64,000 nt of DNA from Mytilus edulis. Taxonomy: Eukaryota. The position numbers and the translations under genes were made by a program. Shown piece after piece: positions 53,401-64,000 of the stretch. Every line of letters starts with the position of its first letter. Within the stretch, counting starts at the first letter, position 1. The notes below the pieces were generated by a model, which saw only the letters and a program-made list of their open reading frames with translations, was not told where the DNA came from and made no database searches. The DNA lies in the NCBI RefSeq assembly GCF_963676685.1, contig NC_092345.1, forward strand, positions 17,918,001-17,982,000, given 5' to 3'.

Positions 53401-56003
53401 CAATGACTTCGTAATAAGCATCGTGCAAAAGTTACTTGGAAATTCGAACTAGTAAAAACAAAATGTCATTTATGTCATTCCAGATTTAAAATTACGCACC
53501 GTAAGTTTTTATTATTTTGAGACAATTCAACACATTTCTACACAAAAAAGTGAACTGCCTATGATTTGATATTAAAATCACGTTGTAATCGGAGGGACAA
53601 AGAAACGAAGAAGCATTTTTTGTATGAGGCAAATGTTGCAACACATTATTGAGATATACAATGCATATATGTACAATATATTTAGATTCAATCAATTATT
53701 AATTTTCTTTTGCAGTATATGTTCTTTAACAATATTGCCATCGACTAAATAAAGTATACTGTACTTCTTAACTGTTTTATAGACATCTCCTACATACCTT
53801 TGTAAAGAAATAAACACCTCTGATAGCTGTAGCAAAGATCGTCAATATGTACAACAGTTTAGGACCTGTTATTTTGAAAACTGTTTTCCAAGACTTCGTC
53901 TTTTGCTTTTGATATTCATTGCTTATACATAAAAACTGAAATAAAGCAAACATAGACAATCAAATATTTTCTAATTTTGTGAATTGATGTTTGCTTTGTT
54001 TTGTCTCTTTAGTATCATTTCGAAATCTATCAATTGTTTGTAGATAACATGGTTGTTAGAAAAATAGTAACAACAAAATAAATGAAAAGAGCAGAAAAAA
54101 ACAGTGGAGGACTAAAACACTATATAGATAGTTTGGAGAGATTGAAAAGGTAATGAAAGAGGGACGCCTCCGGGTGCGGGAATTTCTCGCTACATTGAAG
54201 ACCTGTTGGTGACCCTCTGCTGTTGTTTTTTATTTGGTCGGGTTGTTGTCTCTTTGACACATTCCCCATTTCCATTCTCAATTTTAATGAAAGAACATCT
54301 TTGCCGAAGTCAAACCGGGTTCTCGGTTTTGGAAGATATATCAGTCCTTTTTATCTATAACTTCGTGTTGTGCTTTTGAAAATGAAATCATTCGTTTTAC
54401 TTTGGTATTGTCTGCTTTTATTATACTTTTCGAATATCCTCTGTGTATCTTCTTCTATCTCTTTTCGTTAGACTGCATTATGTAACATTAAGTCGGAAAA
54501 CAAATCTATTTGGAATGAAAATTATAACATAAAGTTTGTTAATGCCTAGATACAACCATGAAATGTTGATATTCAACATTCATTAACATAATGTAAAATT
54601 ATTAAACATACCAGTTGAACAAAGGCTACTAGACATAGAAAAACAAATATTGTACCAAACGCCATAAAATATCCGAGGTTTGCATCTTGGCATGAACCAC
54701 CAGTAAACTGGATCTGAAATTCCAATATTGATGATATTATAAATTGAACTGTGATGTAATTCTAGTTAATAAAGATTGCAAAGTCACTTAGGGTTTCCAT
54801 TATGTATCAAATTGTGTAGTGCATACGTTTGTACTTGATCAAGGCTTCTTACTGTTTTGCTTTGAGTCTCACTGACGAGTCATATGTAGACGAACAATGC
54901 GTTTGGCGTTCTTATCTTTAAGTCTACTCTTAAAAAAGCATATCTCGTTCAGTCTATACATAAAGGTTGGTATATAAAAGAGTAGTTCGAGTAAGAGTAA
55001 GTCAACACCACCTTAAAATTATATTGTGTATGTTCTTTGAACATTTCAATGAGTATGCAACAATCTTCTCTGGATAAGATAGGGACATCATCTGTTTATT
55101 TTATTTTCTTCCATCATGGTTAATAGTAAATTAATTATGACATTATTAGTAAACCAATTTTTATTTGAAACCGTTATTTCGATCTGAAAAAGCTCTGAAA
55201 GGATTGTTCAGTTGTTGTTTTTTTTCTGTACATAAACATATAATGCTAAATCATATGAGAATATATTTTAACAGTACAGGATTGACTACAAGCGAAAAGA
55301 CTTCAACGACACTGACTTTACTGTAGAGTATAAATTAATTAAACTAAGGCGTCCGTGTCGTCTACAATAAAACCAGTGACGCTCGAATCATAAAATTTAA
55401 ATAATCAGAATAAAGTAAGAAGTTGATCAGGATACACCAGAAAATTGACGGAAAGAGAGAACAAGACTGATAAATTTATTGTTCATACTTTTCTGATGAT
55501 TTTAAGATCAAAATGACGATTTATAACTTAAATTCATTCACAAATGTAGACACTTGCCACTACAAATTGATCACCTTTGATAATTTAAAAAAAAATCCAA
55601 CCAGAGATTGTATTAGAAATTCTCCGAAATATTATAAACCTGTAAATTTATAAGTCTCTTTAATACAGTAAAAAATTGATATCTGCAAAAGTAGGTTCAA
55701 TGTTTCGTTTTCGTTGTGTGTAATATTGTAGGCTTTTCACACCGACCAATTCGGTCATTTGCATGTCATTACAAAGTCGAGATGTTTTAAAAATAATGAC
55801 TTGGTTTATACATTTGTATAGGTTTACTTGAAGCAATGGGATAATGTCATACATACCAAACATATACATTGACCATCTTGACAAAATCCATTCCCTGAGC
55901 AATTTTTATGAACACATATATCGTCTTCCATAGATTCAGTTAATCCAAGAGCATATTTAGCATAAGCGGTGACTGCCATTTTAAAAGAAACCGTTGATGT
56001 CAT
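44464..56003 (-). CDS. Multi-pass membrane protein: EGF-like module, 7-TM (THH1/TOM1/TOM3 / GPR137-like) bundle, RING-CH (RINGv) E3 finger and 2 TM; 569 aa
   Basis: Thirteen coding exons: 56003-55857, 54713-54612, 53935-53798, 53342-53247, 52752-52609, 51918-51823, 50762-50614, 49601-49503, 47850-47723, 47569-47439, 46567-46520, 45585-45389 and 44698-44464. They total 1710 nt with GT-AG introns, consistent phases and no internal stop. EGF: CVHKNCSGNGFCQDGQCICLIQFTGGSC. RING-CH: CWIC..PCQCKG...VHHECLRKWL...CKVC. Seven hydrophobic segments precede the RING and two follow it. Confidence 0.9.
51536..51579 (+). ncRNA. Second-family hammerhead-like motif, degenerate
   Basis: TGCGTTC-CTGATGG-AGGTAAATCCG-GAAA-ATCGCT-TT-GGACGCA. 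The stem I arms pair and CUGAUGR and GAAA boxes are present, but core A9 is replaced by G. Confidence 0.4.
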
Positions 56004-56979
56004 TATCAAATACTGATATATCCAAGTCTGTTTGTATTAAATTCTATTGTATACCATACGCAACAACAAATATCCATGAATGTATCTGAAAGGAAAAATA
56101 AAATGTTTTCTTTTCAAATCCATGTAAAAAGAAAGTTATGACCAACCGAATTAGACTATTTACCGGATTTGGTATCACATAAGCAACAAGGACGGGTGCC
56201 ACATGTGGAGCAGGATCTGCTTACCTTTCCGGAGCACTTGAGATCACCCCTAGTTTTTGGTGGGGTTCGTGTTGTTTATTTTTTAGTTTTCTATGTTGTG
56301 TCATGTCTGCTGTTGTCTGTTTGTCTTTTTCATTTTTAGCCATGGCGTTGTCAGTTTATTTTAGATTTATGAGTTTGACTGTCCCTTTGGTATCTTTCGT
56401 CCCTCTTTTATTACAAAATATGATGATCAAGTTCATACAGTTTCAAACATTTAGGCGGTTATTTCGAAATAGAATAAATAGATTGTTAATTCACGTGTTT
56501 CGGGTTTAATGAGATAGCTGTTTTTGGTAATCGAGTACCCTGTTTCTGTATTGATCCTCTTTTCTCGGATGATGAAAGTTTTTAACGACCTTGACTGACT
56601 ACACAGCCCTCGCACGGTTTCTCAAATATTCCTGTACGAGAAACAGTTGTACCAACCTTGTCTCAATTAAAAAAGTAAGGTACAGATCAGCCAAACTAAT
56701 TTAACGAACTTTTATCATATCTTATACTCAAAAATATTAAATGTTCAAGTCAGTATTCTAAATTTTATTTTGTTTTTTGTCCATGGATTTATGAGTTTTG
56801 AACAGCGGTATACTACTGTTGCCTTTATTTACTTTAAATTTGGTAAATCAATTTGGTTTCTTTATACCTTCAGCTATAAAAATCTTAACACATACAAATT
56901 TTCAAAACAAATAACAAATTAATAACAAAAAAAATGTATTGATAATTTGATGTAAGTAATAAGAATGTAATAAACTTAC

Positions 56980-57185
56980 AATGTCATTTGAAATCCTGTG
57001 TAAAATTTTCATTATATTGATTAGATACTGAAATATGTCGGACCATTTGTAAACATTCATCGTTGTTATCTTAAATTTATGATAAAGTTGATAATACGTC
57101 TAGGGTAGAACACGTATATATATTTACAGTAGAATCAGTATTACTCCAAATTTCTTTGAAAAATCGCTTTCCCCGTGAGGTATAT
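56980..57185 (-). other. Probable 5'-UTR exon of the EGF-7TM-RING gene
   Basis: Flanked by a strong acceptor (TTTCTTTTTCAG) and a GTAAGT donor, about 0.9 kb upstream of the acceptor at 56085. The main ATG (56003) has an in-frame upstream TAA. Confidence 0.5.
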
Positions 57186-57744
57186 CTGAAAAAGAAACTT
57201 AAAGAGACATAGCATTATTAGTATTCCTGCCAATATTTAAATTTAGAAAAGATTAGCTGCTATTTTTTTGTATTTTCGTCATACTGATATTCGTATTAAT
57301 TTGTAGGTTATCCTTGAATCCCTGATAATAGTTATTTTATAAATAAAACTTGCACTGTAATTAGATTAAAACAGACAAACAATATCACACCACTAATAAA
57401 TAACATTTAAGTCATGATGTTGTTAAGTTTAGTTCATTTTTATTTATATCTCGTTTTTTCGACAAGGCTACGAAATAACCTTGATAGGTTATCTTTAATA
57501 AAGATGTTCATTTCTTTCTTTATTTAGTCTTTATACTCGACTAAAGAAAGCTACATTATATAGCCTGCTTGGTTGAGTAGTCTATGTCTCTGGACACAGC
57601 TCAGGTGGTAATGCCACAAAGCTTAGACATAGGGACTCAAATCCTGTTCAGAGAAGAACAAAATTTTGCATAAGCAAATTTGTCAATCGAATATTGTTTC
57701 TAATTTGAGACGGAGTATATATATAAACATTTCTCGGTTTTTAT

Positions 57745-58400
57745 ATAGATAAGACACTTCGTTTTCCCGTTTGAATGGTTTTTATGTGTCTTTGTTTCAT
57801 ATATTACGTGGCTTTGTACTTATACATCCCTTCATTGTGTTATTGACTATGATAAATTTGTGTCTTCTGTCTTTAATTTTTTCTTATATGCTTGGTCTAT
57901 ATGCCATTTTGTGCTTCTTTGTTAAATGTTTGTTTGTCTTTTTAGTAATTAAGATTATAACACAATGTTGACTGCTGTATTGTTGACATTTTTACCTATT
58001 ATGTCTATTTGTTTTGTTCACGCATCGTTGACTATATAATGGAATTTGATGCGACTGTCATACAAATGAGAGGTTAAGCTAGCTATAAAACCTGGTCCAA
58101 TCCAGAATTCATGCATAAGAAAATGGCTGTATCAAGTCAGGAATATATCAGTTGTTATCCATTCGATAGATTTTGCCATTTGACTTTCCGTTCTGAATTT
58201 TCCTCGGAGTTCAGTATTTTTGTGAATTTACTTTTTACACTAGATATCTTTTGGGGCCCTTTATAGCTTACTGTTCGGTGTAAGCCAAGGCTACGTGTTG
58301 AAGACCGCACTTTGACCTATAATGATTTACTTTTATAAATTGTGACTTGAATGGAGAGTTGTCTCATTGGCAATCATACCACATCATCTAATATCTATAA
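57745..58400 (+). mobile_element. SINE-like repeat interrupted by a second repeat family (insert ~57783-58235)
   Basis: The flanks TTTGAATGGTTTT | TACACTAG...GGGGCCC rejoin to match the uninterrupted copy at 13390-13590. The insert family also occurs at 44860-45200, 46315-46455 and 58575-58845. Confidence 0.7.
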
Positions 58401-59876
58401 ATGTTTTTGGAATATATGTAAAGATTTATCTTTTTAAACTATAACACACAATGTTTATTGTTCAGTTCCTGAATTAAAAAAAAAGAGGAAAACTGTTTCT
58501 TACATATCCTTTTCTGAGGATAAAAGTGAAGCAAATAATTGTTGACATATTGTTTACTTTCTATATAGTGATTTAGATTTTAACACAATGTTGACTGCTG
58601 CATGAACCCCTATTCTTGTCATTTTTGACCTATTTTGTCTGTTTGTTTTATTTACACATTGTTGTCAACATAATGGAATTTTTATGCGACTATCCTACAA
58701 ATGATTCAATCAAAACGAAATGCCCGTACAAAGTCAGGAATAAAACAGCTGTTTTTTATTCGTTTGAGCTAATGATTTTTCATTCGACAAAAGACCTTCC
58801 GATTTTGATTTTAGTTGGAGTTTTTATTTTTTGTTATTGTACTTTTTATAGTATATCATTGTAGAGTGTGTTAATCACTTGTTTTAAAGAACCCTTTTGG
58901 ATACAATAAAAACATAAGACTGTTCAAAATGGTCATTGTTCTTCTTGTGTCCTCGTATGGATAATCTTGTCTTAAAATCTTAAAATATTTTAATGAGTAT
59001 TGACCCTGATCATAGAAAGTAGTACATATTTATCCATAGTATGCACGATAACATTTTATCAACCGTTATATAACTATTGTTTGTGATGTATGATTAATGA
59101 TGGAAGTTTTTAACGACCTTGACTGGCTAAACAGTCCTTGCACGGTCAGCTGATGTATGATTAAAAACAAACATTGTCTTATATGTGTGTGATAGGTGGA
59201 ACACTCGTAATAAACAGAAATAAACAATTAGTACATAACATGTATGTTTTATAAGAACCCGTACTTTTGATTGGCTCACAACAATCGTAAGACTGTACAA
59301 AGTAAGATTTAATTTCCAAGTATGATGCGACATTTTATAGATTATAACAGCACGCGGTTCCCGTGACCACGTGATAGCAATGCATAGGACAACAAAAGGA
59401 AACATGGAGATAAGTCGTACAATCAGGGTGGTAGCATAAGAAAAGTTATTATTAGAATTGAATCCTTTTTTGAAATTTTAAAAGTTTGTAAAAGAAATGA
59501 TCGTGAGGAAATTTTAGTATGAAGCGCCTTTGAAATTTATTCGAAACGTGCGTCGTTTAATGCTTTTAAACCCGACAAAAGTACAAACATTCAGTTCTCA
59601 AATGTCACCAATACGGAATCTAGTTATAACCTTTAACAGGTCTTGAACAGTGAGTCAGATAGATTTCATTTGTCCGCAACTTGAGTTCTTATATTTCATT
59701 CGTATCAAGAAAAAAGTACTTGTTTGCATCCATATGCACCAATAGTTCGTTTATGTCTTGTGCTCCACAAACATCTAAGATGAGTTATTATAAAAAACAA
59801 ATTTACTTGAGGTAGCTTCGACCATGGAACTTTTTAACGACCTTGACTGTCTATAGATCCCTTGCACGGTCGGTCC

Positions 59877-60732
59877 TTAGGGTAGCTACGGTGTCTTCCT
59901 CCATTTTGGTTTTCGAAGTAGCAGATAATGAATAATTGATCTAGATCTTGAAATGTGCCAATTTTGAGAGTTGTATGTAATTCCTGTGTTAGAATTTAAA
60001 TGGTAATAAAGAAAATGTTATGTGCTTTATCATATTTGCGGCTGTATTTTCTCCAAAAAAATCACAATTTGTGTTTGATTTTTTTCTTCAAATATGCAAA
60101 GTACGGGGAGATAACTCAAATAAAGTAGATATATGATTAAAGTGTTGTGCATTTAACTGTTTTAATATGTTAACAAGTCCGGTAATTTTTTTTCATTTTC
60201 TTATCTACAAGCATGTTGTTATAACAGCTAGCTTTTCACATCTTATCTAAAAAATTCTATGGTATACTTTTCTTTTATCACACAAAAAAAAAGTATGATG
60301 AAAATAATTAAAAAAAATACTATTGATTATAATTAAGACGACCAAGCCACTTTAAGGAAATTCGCTTATCATGTTTGGGATTTTTGTCAGATTTTCGGAA
60401 TCCTCTGGTTTTATCCTTTTGAATGTCTTAAAGAAAATTACCCATTGACCCCCCCCCCTTTTTTTCTTTATTTAAATCTTTTACATGTATAATGACCATC
60501 TATAAAAGTCTTATAAAATTTTAATTATTTTTTAATAGTTTTTGAGAAATCAAACTTTTCAATGATACAGCTATGACAAGTCTAGAGAGAATATTTTCCC
60601 GCCAAAATGTCAATGGCTAATATCTCGAAAACAAGTACATTACCTATATAATTTTTTTAATCCTTTGATTCCTTTACTAATTCCCTATCAATATATACTA
60701 GTGTTTTGAAACTGAGAAGCGAACTCCCTTAC
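59877..60732. mobile_element. Two abutting TTAA-associated MITEs (Kolobok-like termini)
   Basis: First element TAGGGTAGCT...AGCCACTTTAA. The second starts at the shared TTAA (60352) with GGAAATTCGCTT and ends AAGCGAACTCCC-TTAC at about 60728. Confidence 0.5.
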
Positions 60733-60974
60733 GAACACATGCACTTATTGCAGTTTTATAGTATGAACACTAATTTCTTGTTATTGTTTCGTAAGTGTTT
60801 GCACTTGATCACGTTTATTCGATGTTTGATTATTGACCCTACCATATCAAAGGTTGATACTTTATCAACATATTCCTTGCATGAGTGATAAGTTTGATGT
60901 TACTTTTAATTAACAGTAAATAAAACATCCATTTATTAATTCATGGCTGTAAGTCGTTACCAAAGTGGATAGAT

Positions 60975-63772
60975 ATGCAGAGTTCAATCATATATATTTT
61001 ATTGCTTATAGCAAATGTACTATGTCTAGAAAACGAAAATGATTACAATAATATGTTTGATGAAATAAATTATTCAAAATTACGTGTAAACTTGATTAAA
61101 AATCGTCCTGATGAATTTGTGAATATTGTTAAATCAGTCGGTACTATAAGTGATATCAAAAATGTGCTACGTAAAATTAAAACAGATTCCATTAAGCATG
61201 GTCAACCGTATAATTCTAATATATCTAGTGAGAAAAACAACGACTTGCTTGAAGTAACATCAGAATCACCGCCAACAGTTCAGATTTCTGATGTATGTCT
61301 AAACCACAGCGCAGCAGTAGAGGAAGGATATGAACAGCAAGTGCCTTGGGCCTTGGCAAGTGAGTGGTTTATTTTTACCTAATTATATGTTATATAATAA
61401 TGCCAGTTTTTTTTTTTACAAATATGTTCTCATGGCAAATGAATAAAGCTGTTAATATAATTTTTTTCAGAACTCATTCAGAAATTGATGATTTTCGGTA
61501 GCACAATACAAAGATTTTTTTACTTCCAATCACTAACCTTTGAAATGCTGTAACTTTCTTATGAATGCATAGACAATAATAAAAGAGGTATACATAGATA
61601 GATAAAAGATTAATCTTTTACATGAATGCAATATTTTTATTACGCAATCATTATGTAATCAATTATTATGTAATTAGTGGCAAAATATGGGTAAGTTCAC
61701 TGGAATGAATTTAGCTCTATCATCTCTTTAACTATACAGAAAATTTTAACGAAATCTTAATCAACATATCATGGGCTTCAAAAGGGTTTCTCAGATTGTC
61801 TCTATGGTATTCCATTCTCTCATAAATCTCTAATTAGTGTAAACATCCTAACCACATAAAAGACGATAATGTTTAATTAGGTGTAAAATTTGTTCTATAC
61901 ATTCTATCTGAAATCTGAGACACCCTTTTGTAGATAATGGCCATAGGAACAACATATAATAAAATCAACCCTCTAGGGATACCTATGTAGAAGCTAATTT
62001 CATTTGAAAGTGGAAATTTGGTGAAAAATATTTTAGACACAGTTAACATTATAATTGGTTACATAATTGTTGCATAATACTAAAATTGCATTAATTTGAA
62101 AGAGTAATCTGTTAGCTATTCAAAACTACCATTTTTATAAATTTTCAAACATTATTAAGAAAGTTGCAGCATTTTAAAACTTGGGAGTTGGAGTTATAAA
62201 ATCTTTGTATTGTGCTACCTTAATCTTGTCACTTTTGTATAAAAGAAAAGTAATAAAACCTTTTTTTGCATTTAAAGTGATGAGCAATGATTATCTAAAG
62301 AAATAAAAACTTTAAAACCATAGCTTATTCAAAAGAACTTTTAGGTCATAACTTTAGATAGTGTCTAATTCTAGACATAACTGCAGAAATCTGAAGCTAA
62401 CATATACGACAAAAGAACGATTTTAACCTTGCTCACGCAAACTTCACTTTTTAAGATGGCGATATTACTTTGCCGCATCTGTGGCGTGTTTGCGCGAATA
62501 TGCTCTGATGTACGATTTTAGAATAAGTGTTATATTGCATTAACACAAAACGAGGCGGAAGAAACCAAAGGGATATTAAAATTCATAAGGAGTCTTAAAG
62601 AGAAACTTACAACGCCATAGCAAAAAACGAAAAACGAAAAAAACAAACAAAAACAAGTTAGATAAACAAAAGTTGTATATACTATATATATATTTCTCAC
62701 CCTTCCTTCCATTGCAACGTCGTAAAAAGAACTAAAGCATTAAAAATTTATACGTTTCAACTCGGTGAAATGATTTTCATATTACAACAGGACATACTAA
62801 TCAATTCAGTTAAAATGTCTTGCGAATAAAAAAAACCAAATACTGATCACAAATATTGTCGTTTCTAAACAAATTTTACAACGGGACTTCTTGAAATCTT
62901 TTATATGGTCTTGGTAGGCAAAAGGTGTGCGTATTTAAAATTGTTTTAACCCACTCATAGTTTGAGCCTGTACCATACCAGGCTATATGTACCATGTTTT
63001 CGTTCGTTGTGTGTACTTTAGTTTCTGCGAAACTGGGGGTTAGTTGTTTGTTTTATTTGTTGGAACACTATTGAGATATATTTATCAAACTTTATATACA
63101 AAAAAGTTGGCAACTTGACACATACTAAAATCATGGACAAACAAGCTTCAATATAATGTAATTGGACAGTTTCTTTCTTTGCTATGCCGATGATTGTTTA
63201 AGTCTAATGAAAAGTGGGTTCTGATTCGTCAACATATTGCAGTTCATGGTCTTACTAGGTGAACGTGCAAGCTGCAATATGCTGTCTTTCAACTGAAAGA
63301 TCATTCAAGAAAAAGAATTACTAGTAGTCAACAATCTTTTGATGTTATTGTCTCGTGTTTCGAGGACGGTTTGTCGTTGTTCGAAACGTGCTATTTATAC
63401 TAGTTATATAAATAGAACCAAATAGAACTATACCTATCATAGTATTAACGTGATATTTGGTTTTTATACAATTTAGCGTTGAGGGTAAAATCGATAGGGA
63501 TTTTCTTTTTAATATAACATACAATACTACATCAGTATTTATTCCAAACTTTGACCACTTAATTATACGAACATACAATTTTAGTTATAGACGCTGCAGG
63601 CAAACCTTCATCAAACATACTTGGTGGAAGTACTAAATGGTTAGGTGCCTATGACGAATGTCTTGCTGTTACTACTGCACAACCAGTGAACGGCATCACT
63701 TACGACTTCAAAGGACAATACTGTACAGCATCCTTATCAATAACAGGAGATATGGCAAAGTATATACGACGT
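60975..63772 (+). CDS. Nose resistant to fluoxetine 6 / O-acyltransferase-like (NRF domain) protein, first two coding exons; continues beyond the window
   Basis: Exon 60975-61359 (signal peptide MQSSIIYILLLIANVLC; ISDVCLNH...WALA) joins exon 63585-63772 (IIDAAGKPSSNILGGSTKWLGAYDECLAV...FKGQYC). This is the NRF-domain signature WA..M.DA.GK....IL.G...WLG.YDEC...GQYC. Confidence 0.88.
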
Positions 63773-64000
63773 GTAAGTAAAATATTACCAAGTGTTGAAA
63801 AGGTTTGGCTAGCCACAAAACCAGGTTCAACTCAACATTTTTTTCTTAAAATGTCCTGTACCAAGTCAGGAAAATAGCATTTGTTATCTTATAGTTCGTT
63901 TCTGTGCGTGTTGCATTGACGTTTGTTTTCCTTGGACTTCAGTGTTCCTGTTTTTTCGTTGTTTTCTCCTTTTATAGCTAATGTGTTTCCCTCAGCTTTA

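Noticed and set aside
31970-56509. Recurrent hydrophobic mini-ORFs CLSFSFLAMALSVYFRFMSLTVPLVSFVPL (31970, 52415, 56303)
   Set aside because: They are translations of the same T-rich interspersed repeat, not a membrane peptide family.

Overview
AT-rich, intron-containing eukaryotic DNA. Repeat families and gene content point to a bivalve mollusc, probably a Mytilus-type mussel (inference). Manual splicing with GT-AG sites and consistent reading phase gives five genes. (1) The 3' part of SCAI (+, 169-8891). (2) A type II membrane fibrinogen-related protein (+, 20780-26565, 306 aa). (3) A signal peptide-EGF-FN3-like-TM protein (-, 28960-30457, 326 aa). (4) A 13-coding-exon, 569-aa membrane protein with an EGF-like module, a TOM1/THH1-like 7-TM bundle, a RING-CH (RINGv) finger and 2 further TMs (-, 44464-56003). 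(5) The 5' part of an NRF-6/OACYL-like acyltransferase (+, from 60975). The rest is HINE/DINE-type non-autonomous Helentron-like elements carrying satellites, SINE/MITE-like repeats, LINE and Penelope RT relics, decayed hammerhead ribozyme motifs, minisatellites and one N-gap. Most ORF-track entries are spurious. The most notable items are the receptor-like EGF-7TM-RING-CH ubiquitin ligase, a 12-copy splice-acceptor array in SCAI in which every copy except the last leads to a stop codon, and hammerhead relics whose consensus rebuilds a complete type I ribozyme.
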